From Longimicrobiales bacterium (GTDB lineage: Bacteria > Gemmatimonadota > Gemmatimonadetes > Longimicrobiales > Gaopeijiaceae), in the NCBI GenBank assembly GCA_041690395.1, contig JAWLHJ010000001.1, forward strand, positions 128,001-192,000: a DNA stretch of 64,000 bases, given 5' to 3'. Each line of letters starts with the position of its first letter. The stretch's first letter is position 1. The notes under the pieces are model-generated. The model saw only the letters and a program-made list of their open reading frames with translations, ran no database searches and was not told where the DNA came from. Made by a program: the position numbers and the translations under genes. Shown here piece after piece: positions 56,431 to 64,000 of the stretch.

Positions 56431-58974
56431 GTGGGTGAGAAGGCCCTTTCGGGGCTCGAGTGGGAGGCGTCGCCCGGTGTCCCGGGAGCCGCGACCGGGC
56501 TCGCACGAGCCTCTGAGCAGCTTCCGATCCGCATGGTCGACGCCGGCGGTGTCGGCATCCCGGCCGATACCGCGGCATGGGGAACGACCTACTCCCACGC
56601 GACCCACGCGTTCGACCAGCTGGTGCTCTCCGAGGCCCCGTGGCTCGACGAGGAGGAGGGCGCCCGGATCCGGGCCGACTGGGAAGCTTACGTGCACCGC
56701 ATGGCAGGGATGGGCAGCAACGCGGTCGTCCTCGATGCGTTCCTCGAGACCATCAACTTCGACCGGGTCGGCGATGGGCTGGAGGTCTATCCACGCACCG
56801 AGCCTCTGCGCCAGCGGCACCTGGCGTACCGTTCGTTCTTCGAGGAGCTCGCCCGTGAAGCGGACGCGGTCGGCATGGCCACCTATCTCAAGACCGATCT
56901 ACCGGTGGTTACGCCCGCGCTCGATCGCTACTTCCGTGCCCGACTGGGGGCGGCCGACACCGACGACCCCCGGTTCTGGGGGGTCTACGCCGCGGCCTTC
57001 GAGGAGCTCTTCGAGACCATGCCCGGAGTCGCGGGGGTGGTGGTCCGCATCGGCGAGGCAGGCCCCCTCTTCAACGTCGACGGCACCGAGTACGCGAGTT
57101 ACATGGGTGTGCGCACCCCGGCGCAGCTCCAGCTCATGCTGCGCACGCTGCTGCCCGTCTTCGAGCGCCACGACCGCAACCTCGTCTTCCGGTCCTGGTC
57201 GGTGGGCCTCGGGCCACTGGGCGATCTCCACCACGACCCCGAGACGTACCTGAACGCCCTGGGCTCCATCGACAGCCCGGCGCTGGTGGTGTCCACGAAG
57301 TTCGTGGCGGGCGACTACTTCGGCTTCCTGCCCCTCAACCCGACGCTCCTGGTGGGAGATCACCGGCGGATCGTCGAATTCCAGGCGCGCCGGGAGTACG
57401 AAGGCTTCGGCGCCATCCCGAATTACCTCGGTCACGCCCACCGCGAGGCTCTCCACCAGGTGATGGAGGCGAACCCCAACCTCGTGGGCACGTCCCTCTG
57501 GACCCAGGAAGGCGGGCCGCTGCGCGCCGGCCCTCTGTCTCTCTTCGACGTCACCGGCTTCTGGCGTTGGACCGACGCCAACGTATATGCCACCTCCCGA
57601 TTGGCCGTCGATCCGCACGCCGACCCGCGCACCCTGGCGGTAGAATGGGCACAGGTCGCCTTCGATGCCGATCTCCGCACGGCGACGGCCCTCGCCGACA
57701 TCCTCGAAACATCGCGGGAAGCATTGGAGAAGGCCCTCTACGTTCGACCCTTCGCCCGCACCCGGGTCGAGATAGCGGGCATCGAGGTTCCGCCCATCCT
57801 CTGGATCTTCGAGTGGGACCAGGTCGGGGGATGGAGCTCGGTGCTCGGCACCCTCTACCGGACCGTGCGGGACGAAGTGGACACGGCGATCGGTGAGGGG
57901 CACGAGGCGGTGCGGCTCACTCGGGAGATGAAGGCCCGGCTTCTCGCGCTCGAGCCGGCTCTCGGCGGGCACCCGGACTGGGCGGGCCTGGTGCGCTCGC
58001 TCGACTATCAGACCAGCCTGTATGCGACGCTGGCGGAGTTTCGGGCGTACTTCCTCGGGTACCATCGCTGGCTCGAGGAGGGCGGAGACGCCACCGACTG
58101 GAGGCTCGCCGCCGACCGCTTCACCTCGGCCGCCGCCGAGCACGAGACCATGTTCGCCGCCGACCTGGACTTCCCTGCGTTCCACTTCGACGGGGCGGTA
58201 GGTCTCGCGAATCGGACGCTGGACGGGAGCGCGGAAAGGACCTCCGCCCGGATTCTCGTGCTCCTGCTCGTCTTCGTGCTCACGCTGATCGCGCCGCTCC
58301 TCCTGGACCCTCCGGCCGTCCGGCGCCCGCGCGTGGTGGGGTGGATTCTCACCGCGACCGTGACTGCCGCGGCCTTGTCGATCCCGGTGCTCCTGCTCGC
58401 CGGGTCGGTCCCCCTGGGTGTCGGCCTGGCGGCGCTCGTCCTGATCTACACCATCGCATTGGTCCGCGGCCTCACCGGACCATGGCGAGGAGACGCCGGC
58501 CACCGCGAAGTCGCGACACCATTGGCGGCACTGCTGCTCTCGGCGGCGTTCGTGCTTCCGGTCATCGCGTTCCGGGGGCCGGACTACTTCTGGCTTCTCT
58601 TCTGGTCGGAGGACCCCTTCCGGGCCACCCTCTTCGCAGTGGCGACCGCGTCGGTCCTCTGGTCCCTAGCCTGGTCCTACGGAGTCGCGCACAGCGTGAG
58701 CGGTTGCCCGTCGTTCGCCGCGGGAACCGTGCTCGCGGCGAGCGGGACGACACTCCTCGTGCTCAGCGCTCTATTGCCGGATATGGAAACGACCCTGACC
58801 GCTCTCGACGAGCCCTTCCACTTGTTTCCCATGACCACGGCCATCGTCAACGGCGTGACACACTACGCCGGCCTGCCCGATGTCGTGCTCCGCATTCCGG
58901 GGATGGTCGGTCTCGGCTTCGTCGTCGCCGGCTTCGGCCTCCGCCGACGGGGCTCGCCGGGCATCCGTCGGTGA
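56431..58974 (+). CDS. Large membrane protein with possible glycoside-hydrolase-like soluble domain (true start probably further upstream)
   Basis: GVVVRIGEAG, VFRSWSVG, IVEFQARREYEGFG reminiscent of TIM-barrel glycosidases; about 7 C-terminal TM helices. Confidence 0.6.
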   Translation: MGEKALSGLEWEASPGVPGAATGLARASEQLPIRMVDAGGVGIPADTAAWGTTYSHATHAFDQLVLSEAPWLDEEEGARIRADWEAYVHRMAGMGSNAVVLDAFLETINFDRVGDGLEVYPRTEPLRQRHLAYRSFFEELAREADAVGMATYLKTDLPVVTPALDRYFRARLGAADTDDPRFWGVYAAAFEELFETMPGVAGVVVRIGEAGPLFNVDGTEYASYMGVRTPAQLQLMLRTLLPVFERHDRNLVFRSWSVGLGPLGDLHHDPETYLNALGSIDSPALVVSTKFVAGDYFGFLPLNPTLLVGDHRRIVEFQARREYEGFGAIPNYLGHAHREALHQVMEANPNLVGTSLWTQEGGPLRAGPLSLFDVTGFWRWTDANVYATSRLAVDPHADPRTLAVEWAQVAFDADLRTATALADILETSREALEKALYVRPFARTRVEIAGIEVPPILWIFEWDQVGGWSSVLGTLYRTVRDEVDTAIGEGHEAVRLTREMKARLLALEPALGGHPDWAGLVRSLDYQTSLYATLAEFRAYFLGYHRWLEEGGDATDWRLAADRFTSAAAEHETMFAADLDFPAFHFDGAVGLANRTLDGSAERTSARILVLLLVFVLTLIAPLLLDPPAVRRPRVVGWILTATVTAAALSIPVLLLAGSVPLGVGLAALVLIYTIALVRGLTGPWRGDAGHREVATPLAALLLSAAFVLPVIAFRGPDYFWLLFWSEDPFRATLFAVATASVLWSLAWSYGVAHSVSGCPSFAAGTVLAASGTTLLVLSALLPDMETTLTALDEPFHLFPMTTAIVNGVTHYAGLPDVVLRIPGMVGLGFVVAGFGLRRRGSPGIRR

Positions 58975-59113
58975 CCTCCCGGGCGCCGACTCCCCCTGAT
59001 CAGCGCTACAGCTTCGTGACACGGTCTTCACATGGCCGCGACCGGCCTCGGCCATCGTACAGACGTAGGCCTGCGGCAGTCTTGGGCCTCATCCTCGACG
59101 CGAGGAGCGTCCG

Positions 59114-60319
59114 ATGAAGATCGCTCTGTTCACCGACACCTATCCGAACGACATCAACGGGGTCGCGCGGACCCTCGGGATGCTGGTCTCGCACGCGGAA
59201 GCGCGTGGGCACGAGATCGCGTTGGTGTCTCCTCACGTGTCTCCGAGCGCGGCCGAGAAGACCGTACTGCATCGGCAGCTTCCGGGCATACCCATCCCGA
59301 TCTACCCGGACCTCCAGCTCGCCCGCGGCATCGACGGGAAAGGCAAGCGGGCGCTTAGGGACTTCGCCCCCGACGTCGTCCACGTGGCGACCGAGTCGTC
59401 GGTGGGTCTTTCAGGACGACGTTGGGCCGTTCGAAACGGCGTGCCGCTGGTGACGTCCTTCCACACCAACTTCCCGGCCTACGTCGCGTCGTATCGCGCG
59501 CCGTTCCTGGAGCCGTGGGTGTGGCGCTACCTGCGCTGGTTCCACGACCCGGCCACGACGACACTGTGCCCGAGCCGAGCGACGCTCGCGGAGCTCGAGG
59601 CCCACGCCTTCCATGGCCGTCTCGGCATCTGGTCACGGGGGGTGCGCACCGAGCTCTTCGACCCGGAGCTGCGTTCCGAAGAGGTCCGGCAGCGCATCGC
59701 CCCCGGTGCGGACCGCATTCTTCTGTATGCGGGGCGCATCGCGCACGAGAAGAGGGTCGATGTCCTGCTCGACGTCTACCTCCGTGTCCGCGACCGTCTC
59801 GACGAGCGGGTCGCCCTCGTCTTCGTGGGTGACGGCCCGGCTGCGGCGGGCCTCCGCAAGCGCGCCCCGGACGATGTCCACTTCACCGGATTCCTGCGGG
59901 ACAGGGCTCTGGCCGAAGCGTACGCGGCCGCGGACCTGTTCGTCTTCGCCTCGGAGACGGAGACGTTCGGCAACGTCGTGCTGGAAGCGCTCGCCAGCGG
60001 GGTGCCCGCCGTGGCGGTAAACCGCGGCGGGGTCACGGAGACGGTCCTGCCCGGAAAGACCGGGGCGCTCGTGCCCCCCAACGACGTCGTAGCGTTCTCC
60101 GACGCCTGCATCCGCCTCCTCGAGAACGAGGACGAGCGGCGTCGCCTGGCGGAGGGCGCGCGATCCGAAGCGCTTTCCCGCAGTTGGACCACCGTCCTGG
60201 ACGGCGTGCTGGACGCCTACGACGGAGCAACGTCGCTCGCTCGACCCGCGAGCAGGCAGAAGGCCAGGTGGAGCCACCCCCCCCTGACCCGGGACGCGAA
60301 CCTACTGGGTGTGGATTGA
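59114..60319 (+). CDS. GT4 family glycosyltransferase
   Basis: MKIALFTDTYPNDINGVARTL, SFHTNF, GRIAHEK, ETFGNVVLEALASG. Confidence 0.95.
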   Translation: MKIALFTDTYPNDINGVARTLGMLVSHAEARGHEIALVSPHVSPSAAEKTVLHRQLPGIPIPIYPDLQLARGIDGKGKRALRDFAPDVVHVATESSVGLSGRRWAVRNGVPLVTSFHTNFPAYVASYRAPFLEPWVWRYLRWFHDPATTTLCPSRATLAELEAHAFHGRLGIWSRGVRTELFDPELRSEEVRQRIAPGADRILLYAGRIAHEKRVDVLLDVYLRVRDRLDERVALVFVGDGPAAAGLRKRAPDDVHFTGFLRDRALAEAYAAADLFVFASETETFGNVVLEALASGVPAVAVNRGGVTETVLPGKTGALVPPNDVVAFSDACIRLLENEDERRRLAEGARSEALSRSWTTVLDGVLDAYDGATSLARPASRQKARWSHPPLTRDANLLGVD

Positions 60320-60323
60320 AACC

Positions 60324-60851
60324 ATGAACGGAATCATGCTCTCGCTCACCGCCATCGACCAACGACTCCTGTGCGCGTTCATCACCCGGCGGCGTCGCCT
60401 CGGTAAGCTCGCGATGCGCTGGATCACCAAGCTCGGCAATCCGACCGTGGTGATTCCGATGACCCTCGCCCTCGCGTTCCTGGCACAGGGACCCACGTCC
60501 TCCGCGGGAGGCGTCGCGGCCTGGAGCCTCGCCTTCTCCCACCTCGTGGTGCACGTGTTGAAACGCACGGTCACGCGGCCCCGGCCATCGCTACCCGGCG
60601 GCCTCTCCTGGCTGATCGAGCCGGAAGACCGCTTCTCCTTTCCCTCCGGACATGCCGCCGCAGGACTCTCGGTCGGCCTCCCGATCCTGATCTTCGTGGG
60701 CGGGGTGCTCGGCGCGGTCGCCCTCGCCCTGGGGCTCCTGGTGGGCGTGAGCCGCTGCTACCTCGGCGTGCACTACCCCTTCGACGTACTCGCCGGATGG
60801 AGCCTCGCGGTGGCCACGGTCGGAGCCGTCCTGCTCATGGGGATCTGGTAG
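60324..60851 (+). CDS. PAP2 family lipid phosphatase
   Basis: KRTVTRPRP, FPSGH, SRCYLGVHYPFD. Confidence 0.95.
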   Translation: MNGIMLSLTAIDQRLLCAFITRRRRLGKLAMRWITKLGNPTVVIPMTLALAFLAQGPTSSAGGVAAWSLAFSHLVVHVLKRTVTRPRPSLPGGLSWLIEPEDRFSFPSGHAAAGLSVGLPILIFVGGVLGAVALALGLLVGVSRCYLGVHYPFDVLAGWSLAVATVGAVLLMGIW

Positions 60852-61641
60852 CACCCGAACCACTCGTCCAGGTGCACGACGGGGGCAGTGCAGCGGCCAT
60901 GTTGCTCGCCTTCTCCAGCCCCGCCAGCAACCGCCGGTGGAGCGCGACCCGGAAACGCTCGGGCACGACTCCTTCATCGGCCTCCCAAGCCAGAGCGCAC
61001 CGCGCCAGCAGCGTCTCGTCAGACAGGACCCCGAACTCGTCCTGGGCTCTCGTGAGCCCGCGCGTGTCGAGCCCCGCCCACTCGCGCGCATAGCGGAGGT
61101 TGCGGAGGCGTCTGCGAAGAGCGTGTGCGGACCGCAGGGCCGGTAGTTGCAGGCAGGTCCGCAGTGAGGGAGCCTCCGATTCGGGGGTTACGAGCGAGAG
61201 GTCCTCGCCCTCGAACCGGCGGGCGGCCTTGGTCACCCGCCGCCCGTAACGGCCCAGGCCCTCCTCGGCGCGGCGGGGCTCCAGTTCCGGGAGACAACGG
61301 AGCGCCCGCACGAGACCGCGGTACCGGGGCCCTTCGAATGGGGCGAGAGCCTGGTGCCTGATCGCCGCACGCTTGTCCGTCGCCCAGGCTCTCAACTCGC
61401 GAGGCACCCGGCTCTCAGTAAGCAGAACGTCGAGATCGCGGAGGGGGCCGACGTGGTCACTCAGCCACCGAACGTCGTCCTCGAGCACCCGTAGACCCGA
61501 GAGCTGCAGCCCGACCCGGATGCGTCGACAGGTGACCCGGAGGGCGTGAACCCCCTCCGGATCGTCGCCCACCCGCGCCACCGCAGCAGCAGCCTCCAAC
61601 CGATCCGCGCCGTCCGCGAAGGAACGCAGCCTCCCGCTCAT
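60835..61641 (-). CDS. CHAD domain protein
   Basis: VHALRVTCRRIR, LRDLDV, HALRRRLRNLRY, QDEFGVLSD. Confidence 0.88.
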   Translation of the reverse strand: MSGRLRSFADGADRLEAAAAVARVGDDPEGVHALRVTCRRIRVGLQLSGLRVLEDDVRWLSDHVGPLRDLDVLLTESRVPRELRAWATDKRAAIRHQALAPFEGPRYRGLVRALRCLPELEPRRAEEGLGRYGRRVTKAARRFEGEDLSLVTPESEAPSLRTCLQLPALRSAHALRRRLRNLRYAREWAGLDTRGLTRAQDEFGVLSDETLLARCALAWEADEGVVPERFRVALHRRLLAGLEKASNMAAALPPSCTWTSGSGATRSP

Positions 61642-62114
61642 CACAACCTGCGCACGAGCCTGGGCGTGAGCAGGAGGGTCAATGTCATGGCTCCGGAAGC
61701 CACGGGACCCTCGAGAACGGCGACTCCGCCCTTCGCGAGGCGGAACGCCGCACCGTCGGCAGGAGAGGCCGTGACCAACCAGGCCAGTAGCGCGCTCAGG
61801 TGGGGCTCGTGTCCGACGACCGCCACGTCGCCATCCCACGTCGCCAAGGTCTCGATCAGCTGGGTGCTGGGCGCCTCCGTAAGCTGGTCCAGGACCGTGG
61901 TCGAGCCCTCGGCGCGGAGCCGGGGCACGAGCGCCTCGGCGGTCTGCAGAGCGCGCAGCTTCGGGCTGTGCGCGAGAACGTCGAAGCGCATCTCCATGCG
62001 GGCCAGGGCCCGCACCACCCTCGCGAATCGCCGCCGGCCCTTACCGGAGAGGGGTCGCCGGTCGTCGTCGGCCCCGTCGGTGGCGATCGCGTGCCGGACC
62101 AGCGTCAGCGTCAT
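61641..62114 (-). CDS. sixA: SixA-like histidine phosphatase
   Basis: LVRHAIA, RPLSGKG, SPKLRALQTA, VGHEPHL. Confidence 0.88.
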   Translation of the reverse strand: MTLTLVRHAIATDGADDDRRPLSGKGRRRFARVVRALARMEMRFDVLAHSPKLRALQTAEALVPRLRAEGSTTVLDQLTEAPSTQLIETLATWDGDVAVVGHEPHLSALLAWLVTASPADGAAFRLAKGGVAVLEGPVASGAMTLTLLLTPRLVRRL

Positions 62115-62225
62115 GGCCGGCCCTTACCGAGGGCCAGGCCGGACGGCGGAGTCCGTGATCCAAGGGACTGTTCGCGAGCCCCTCGTCGGACCATGCGCCC
62201 GAGCCTGGAAGAGCCGTGAAGGCCC

Positions 62226-62642
62226 TCAGCAGTGCTCTTCGTACGCCTTCTGCAGGTCGGCCGCGATGTCCTCGGGATGCCGCCCCTCGATCAGGTGGCG
62301 CTCCATGAAGTAGACCAGCTCGCCGTCCTTGAAGAGCGCGACGGACGGAGAGGACGGCGGATAGCCGGTGATGTACTCCCGCGCCTTCTCTGTGGCGTCG
62401 AGGTCCTGCCCGGCAAACACCGTGGTCAGCACCTCCGGCTTCTTCTCACCCTGGAGCGAGAGGTAGACGGCGGGACGCATCATCGCAGCCGCACAGCCGC
62501 AGACGGAGTTGACCGCGAGCAGGGTGGTCCGCTTCTCCGACCCCAGCTTCGCGTCGACGTCATCGGGTGTCTTGAGCTCGCTGAAGCCGATGCGGACGAG
62601 GTCCTCGCGCATGGGGGCGACCATCATCTCGGGGTAGGGCAT
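62226..62642 (-). CDS. BrxA/BrxB family bacilliredoxin
   Basis: VAPMREDL, VNSVCGCAA, TVFAGQD, PSSPSVALFKDG. Confidence 0.95.
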   Translation of the reverse strand: MPYPEMMVAPMREDLVRIGFSELKTPDDVDAKLGSEKRTTLLAVNSVCGCAAAMMRPAVYLSLQGEKKPEVLTTVFAGQDLDATEKAREYITGYPPSSPSVALFKDGELVYFMERHLIEGRHPEDIAADLQKAYEEHC

Positions 62643-62725
62643 ATCGATCTCTCCTGTGCCACGGGCCTTCCGCCCTCATTGCCGACGGGACGGCCGCTGG
62701 AAGGGCACCGCTGATTCGAGCTACT

Positions 62726-62741
62726 TGAACTTCGAAGTTCA
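62726..62741. promoter_or_regulatory. Perfect 16-bp palindrome in divergent intergenic region
   Basis: TGAACTTCGAAGTTCA. Confidence 0.55.
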
Positions 62742-62897
62742 CCGGACCGACACGTGATGTCCACGGGGCGGGCCGGGTGGGAGGAGGGATACACCCCGAC
62801 CCGGCCCGGGATCCGGCGCCCGGCGCCCTCTAACGGACGAACGTCCGCGGAGCGGCTCGTATTGCGGGAGTCCGGCCGGCTTGGCCACCTTGTCCCC

Positions 62898-63413
62898 ATG
62901 GAAGCGACAAAGGACATCGTTCGACTCAGGGTCAACGGCGACCGGCACGAAGTCGGCGTCCCGACGCACTATACGCTGCTCGAGACGCTTCGCTACGCGC
63001 TCGGGCTGACGGGCTCCAAGCAGGGGTGCGACAAGGGGGACTGCGGCGCCTGCACGGTGCTCGTCGACGGGGCGCCGACGCTCTCGTGCATCACGCCGGT
63101 CTGGGAAGCTGCCGGAGCCGAGATCCGGACGGTCGAAGGGCTGGCCACGGCCGAGGGCCCGCACCCGCTCCAGGACGCCTTCGATCTAAAAGGCGCCGCC
63201 CAGTGCGGTTTCTGTACCCCGGGCATCCTGTGCTCCGCGGCCGCGCTGCTCGACTGGAACCGGGCCCCCACGCGCGAAGAGATCCGCGAGGCACTCTCCG
63301 GCAACCTGTGCCGCTGCACGGGCTACGCGAAGATCTACGACGCGGTCGAGGTGGCGGCCGCGCGGCTCCGGGGCGAGGAACCCAACGACTCCACCGGAGG
63401 GTCCGAGCCATGA
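62898..63413 (+). CDS. Molybdenum hydroxylase small (2x[2Fe-2S]) subunit
   Basis: KQGCDKGDCGACTV, QCGFCTPG, GNLCRCTGY. Confidence 0.96.
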   Translation: MEATKDIVRLRVNGDRHEVGVPTHYTLLETLRYALGLTGSKQGCDKGDCGACTVLVDGAPTLSCITPVWEAAGAEIRTVEGLATAEGPHPLQDAFDLKGAAQCGFCTPGILCSAAALLDWNRAPTREEIREALSGNLCRCTGYAKIYDAVEVAAARLRGEEPNDSTGGSEP

Positions 63414-64000
63414 TCAAGCCGAGCGATAATCGCAAGTCGGACTTGAAGTTGATCGGTCGCCCCATGCGGAAGGTGGAGGGGCTCGACAAGTCCACCGGCC
63501 GGGCCGTGTACACCGACGACATCGTCCTTCCCGGCATGCTCCACGGCAAGATCCTCCGGAGCCCGCATCCGCACGCGCGTATCGTCTCCATCGACACATC
63601 GGAGGCCGAGGCGCTCGAGGGCGTCCACGCCGTGGTTACCGGACGGGACATGGCCACGGCCTACGGGATCATCCCCTGGACCCCGGACGAGTACCCCCTC
63701 TGCACCGACCGCGTCCGCTACATCGGCGACGGAGTCGCGGCGGTCGCGGCCGTCGACGAGGACACGGCCATCCGCGCCCTCGACCTGATCCGGGTGGAGT
63801 ACGAGGAGCTTCCGGCCTTCCACGATCCGTTCGCGGCCCTCGAGGCCGACGGCTCCATCCCGTACATCCACGATGCGAAGAAGGAAGGGTGGAACGGCAA
63901 CGTCACGAAGAAGGTGAAGCTCGAGTTCGGCGAGGTCGATGCAGGCCTCGACGAGGCCGACGTCGTGGTCGAGGGCGAGTACTTCTTCGAGGGGACGACC
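63410..64000 (+). CDS. Xanthine dehydrogenase family molybdopterin-binding subunit, 5' part only
   Basis: Manual translation from ATG 63410 (ATGA overlap): IGRPMRKVEGLDKSTGRAVYTDDIVLPGMLHGKILRSPHPHARIVSIDT..VRYIGDGVAAVAA. Confidence 0.95.
   Translation, partial: MIKPSDNRKSDLKLIGRPMRKVEGLDKSTGRAVYTDDIVLPGMLHGKILRSPHPHARIVSIDTSEAEALEGVHAVVTGRDMATAYGIIPWTPDEYPLCTDRVRYIGDGVAAVAAVDEDTAIRALDLIRVEYEELPAFHDPFAALEADGSIPYIHDAKKEGWNGNVTKKVKLEFGEVDAGLDEADVVVEGEYFFEGTT

Noticed and set aside
62898..64000. Specific call as CO dehydrogenase or 4-hydroxybenzoyl-CoA reductase
   Set aside because: The diagnostic active-site loop lies outside the window.
1..64000. Mobile elements, prophage, defence systems, structural RNAs
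   Set aside because: No integrase, transposase, phage, nuclease/defence, tRNA or rRNA signatures seen by eye; composition looks uniform apart from short AT-rich patches.

Overview
High-GC bacterial chromosomal segment. Gene content (ADOP permease with PadR, TamB/TamA, Met-zincin, planctomycete-type cytochrome c) suggests a diderm, probably Gemmatimonadota; this is inference only. It is densely coding, about 58 credible CDSs, and I saw no rRNA, tRNA, CRISPR array, transposase, integrase or phage gene. Recognisable modules: PadR/ADOP permease; sufC-sufB-sufD-Rieske-sufS-sufU plus ogt behind a Fur-box-like palindrome; a four-gene lipid-modification operon resembling furan-fatty-acid synthesis; msrB-DUF1326-DUF2182 divergent from a TetR with a repeat-containing acidic tail; a Cys-rich MarR with arsM, each preceded by the same TAGTTGC-N5-GCAACTA palindrome; an HTH/Zn-ribbon/TM protein heading HD-protein, ccdA, dsbA-like genes; a Rieske/cytochrome b complex with fused diheme c; tamB-tamA; a membrane-anchored glycosidase-like gene with GT4 and PAP2; sixA-CHAD; a bacilliredoxin; and the start of a molybdenum hydroxylase operon. 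Best leads: the MarR-arsM operator pair, the msrB-DUF1326-DUF2182 module, the membrane-tethered HTH/Zn-ribbon operon, a RelA-hydrolase-like protein lacking its HD motif, a sigma54-type promoter before a 56-aa membrane protein, and two genes that appear to need non-canonical start codons. All family calls come from reading motifs by eye; no database search was run.
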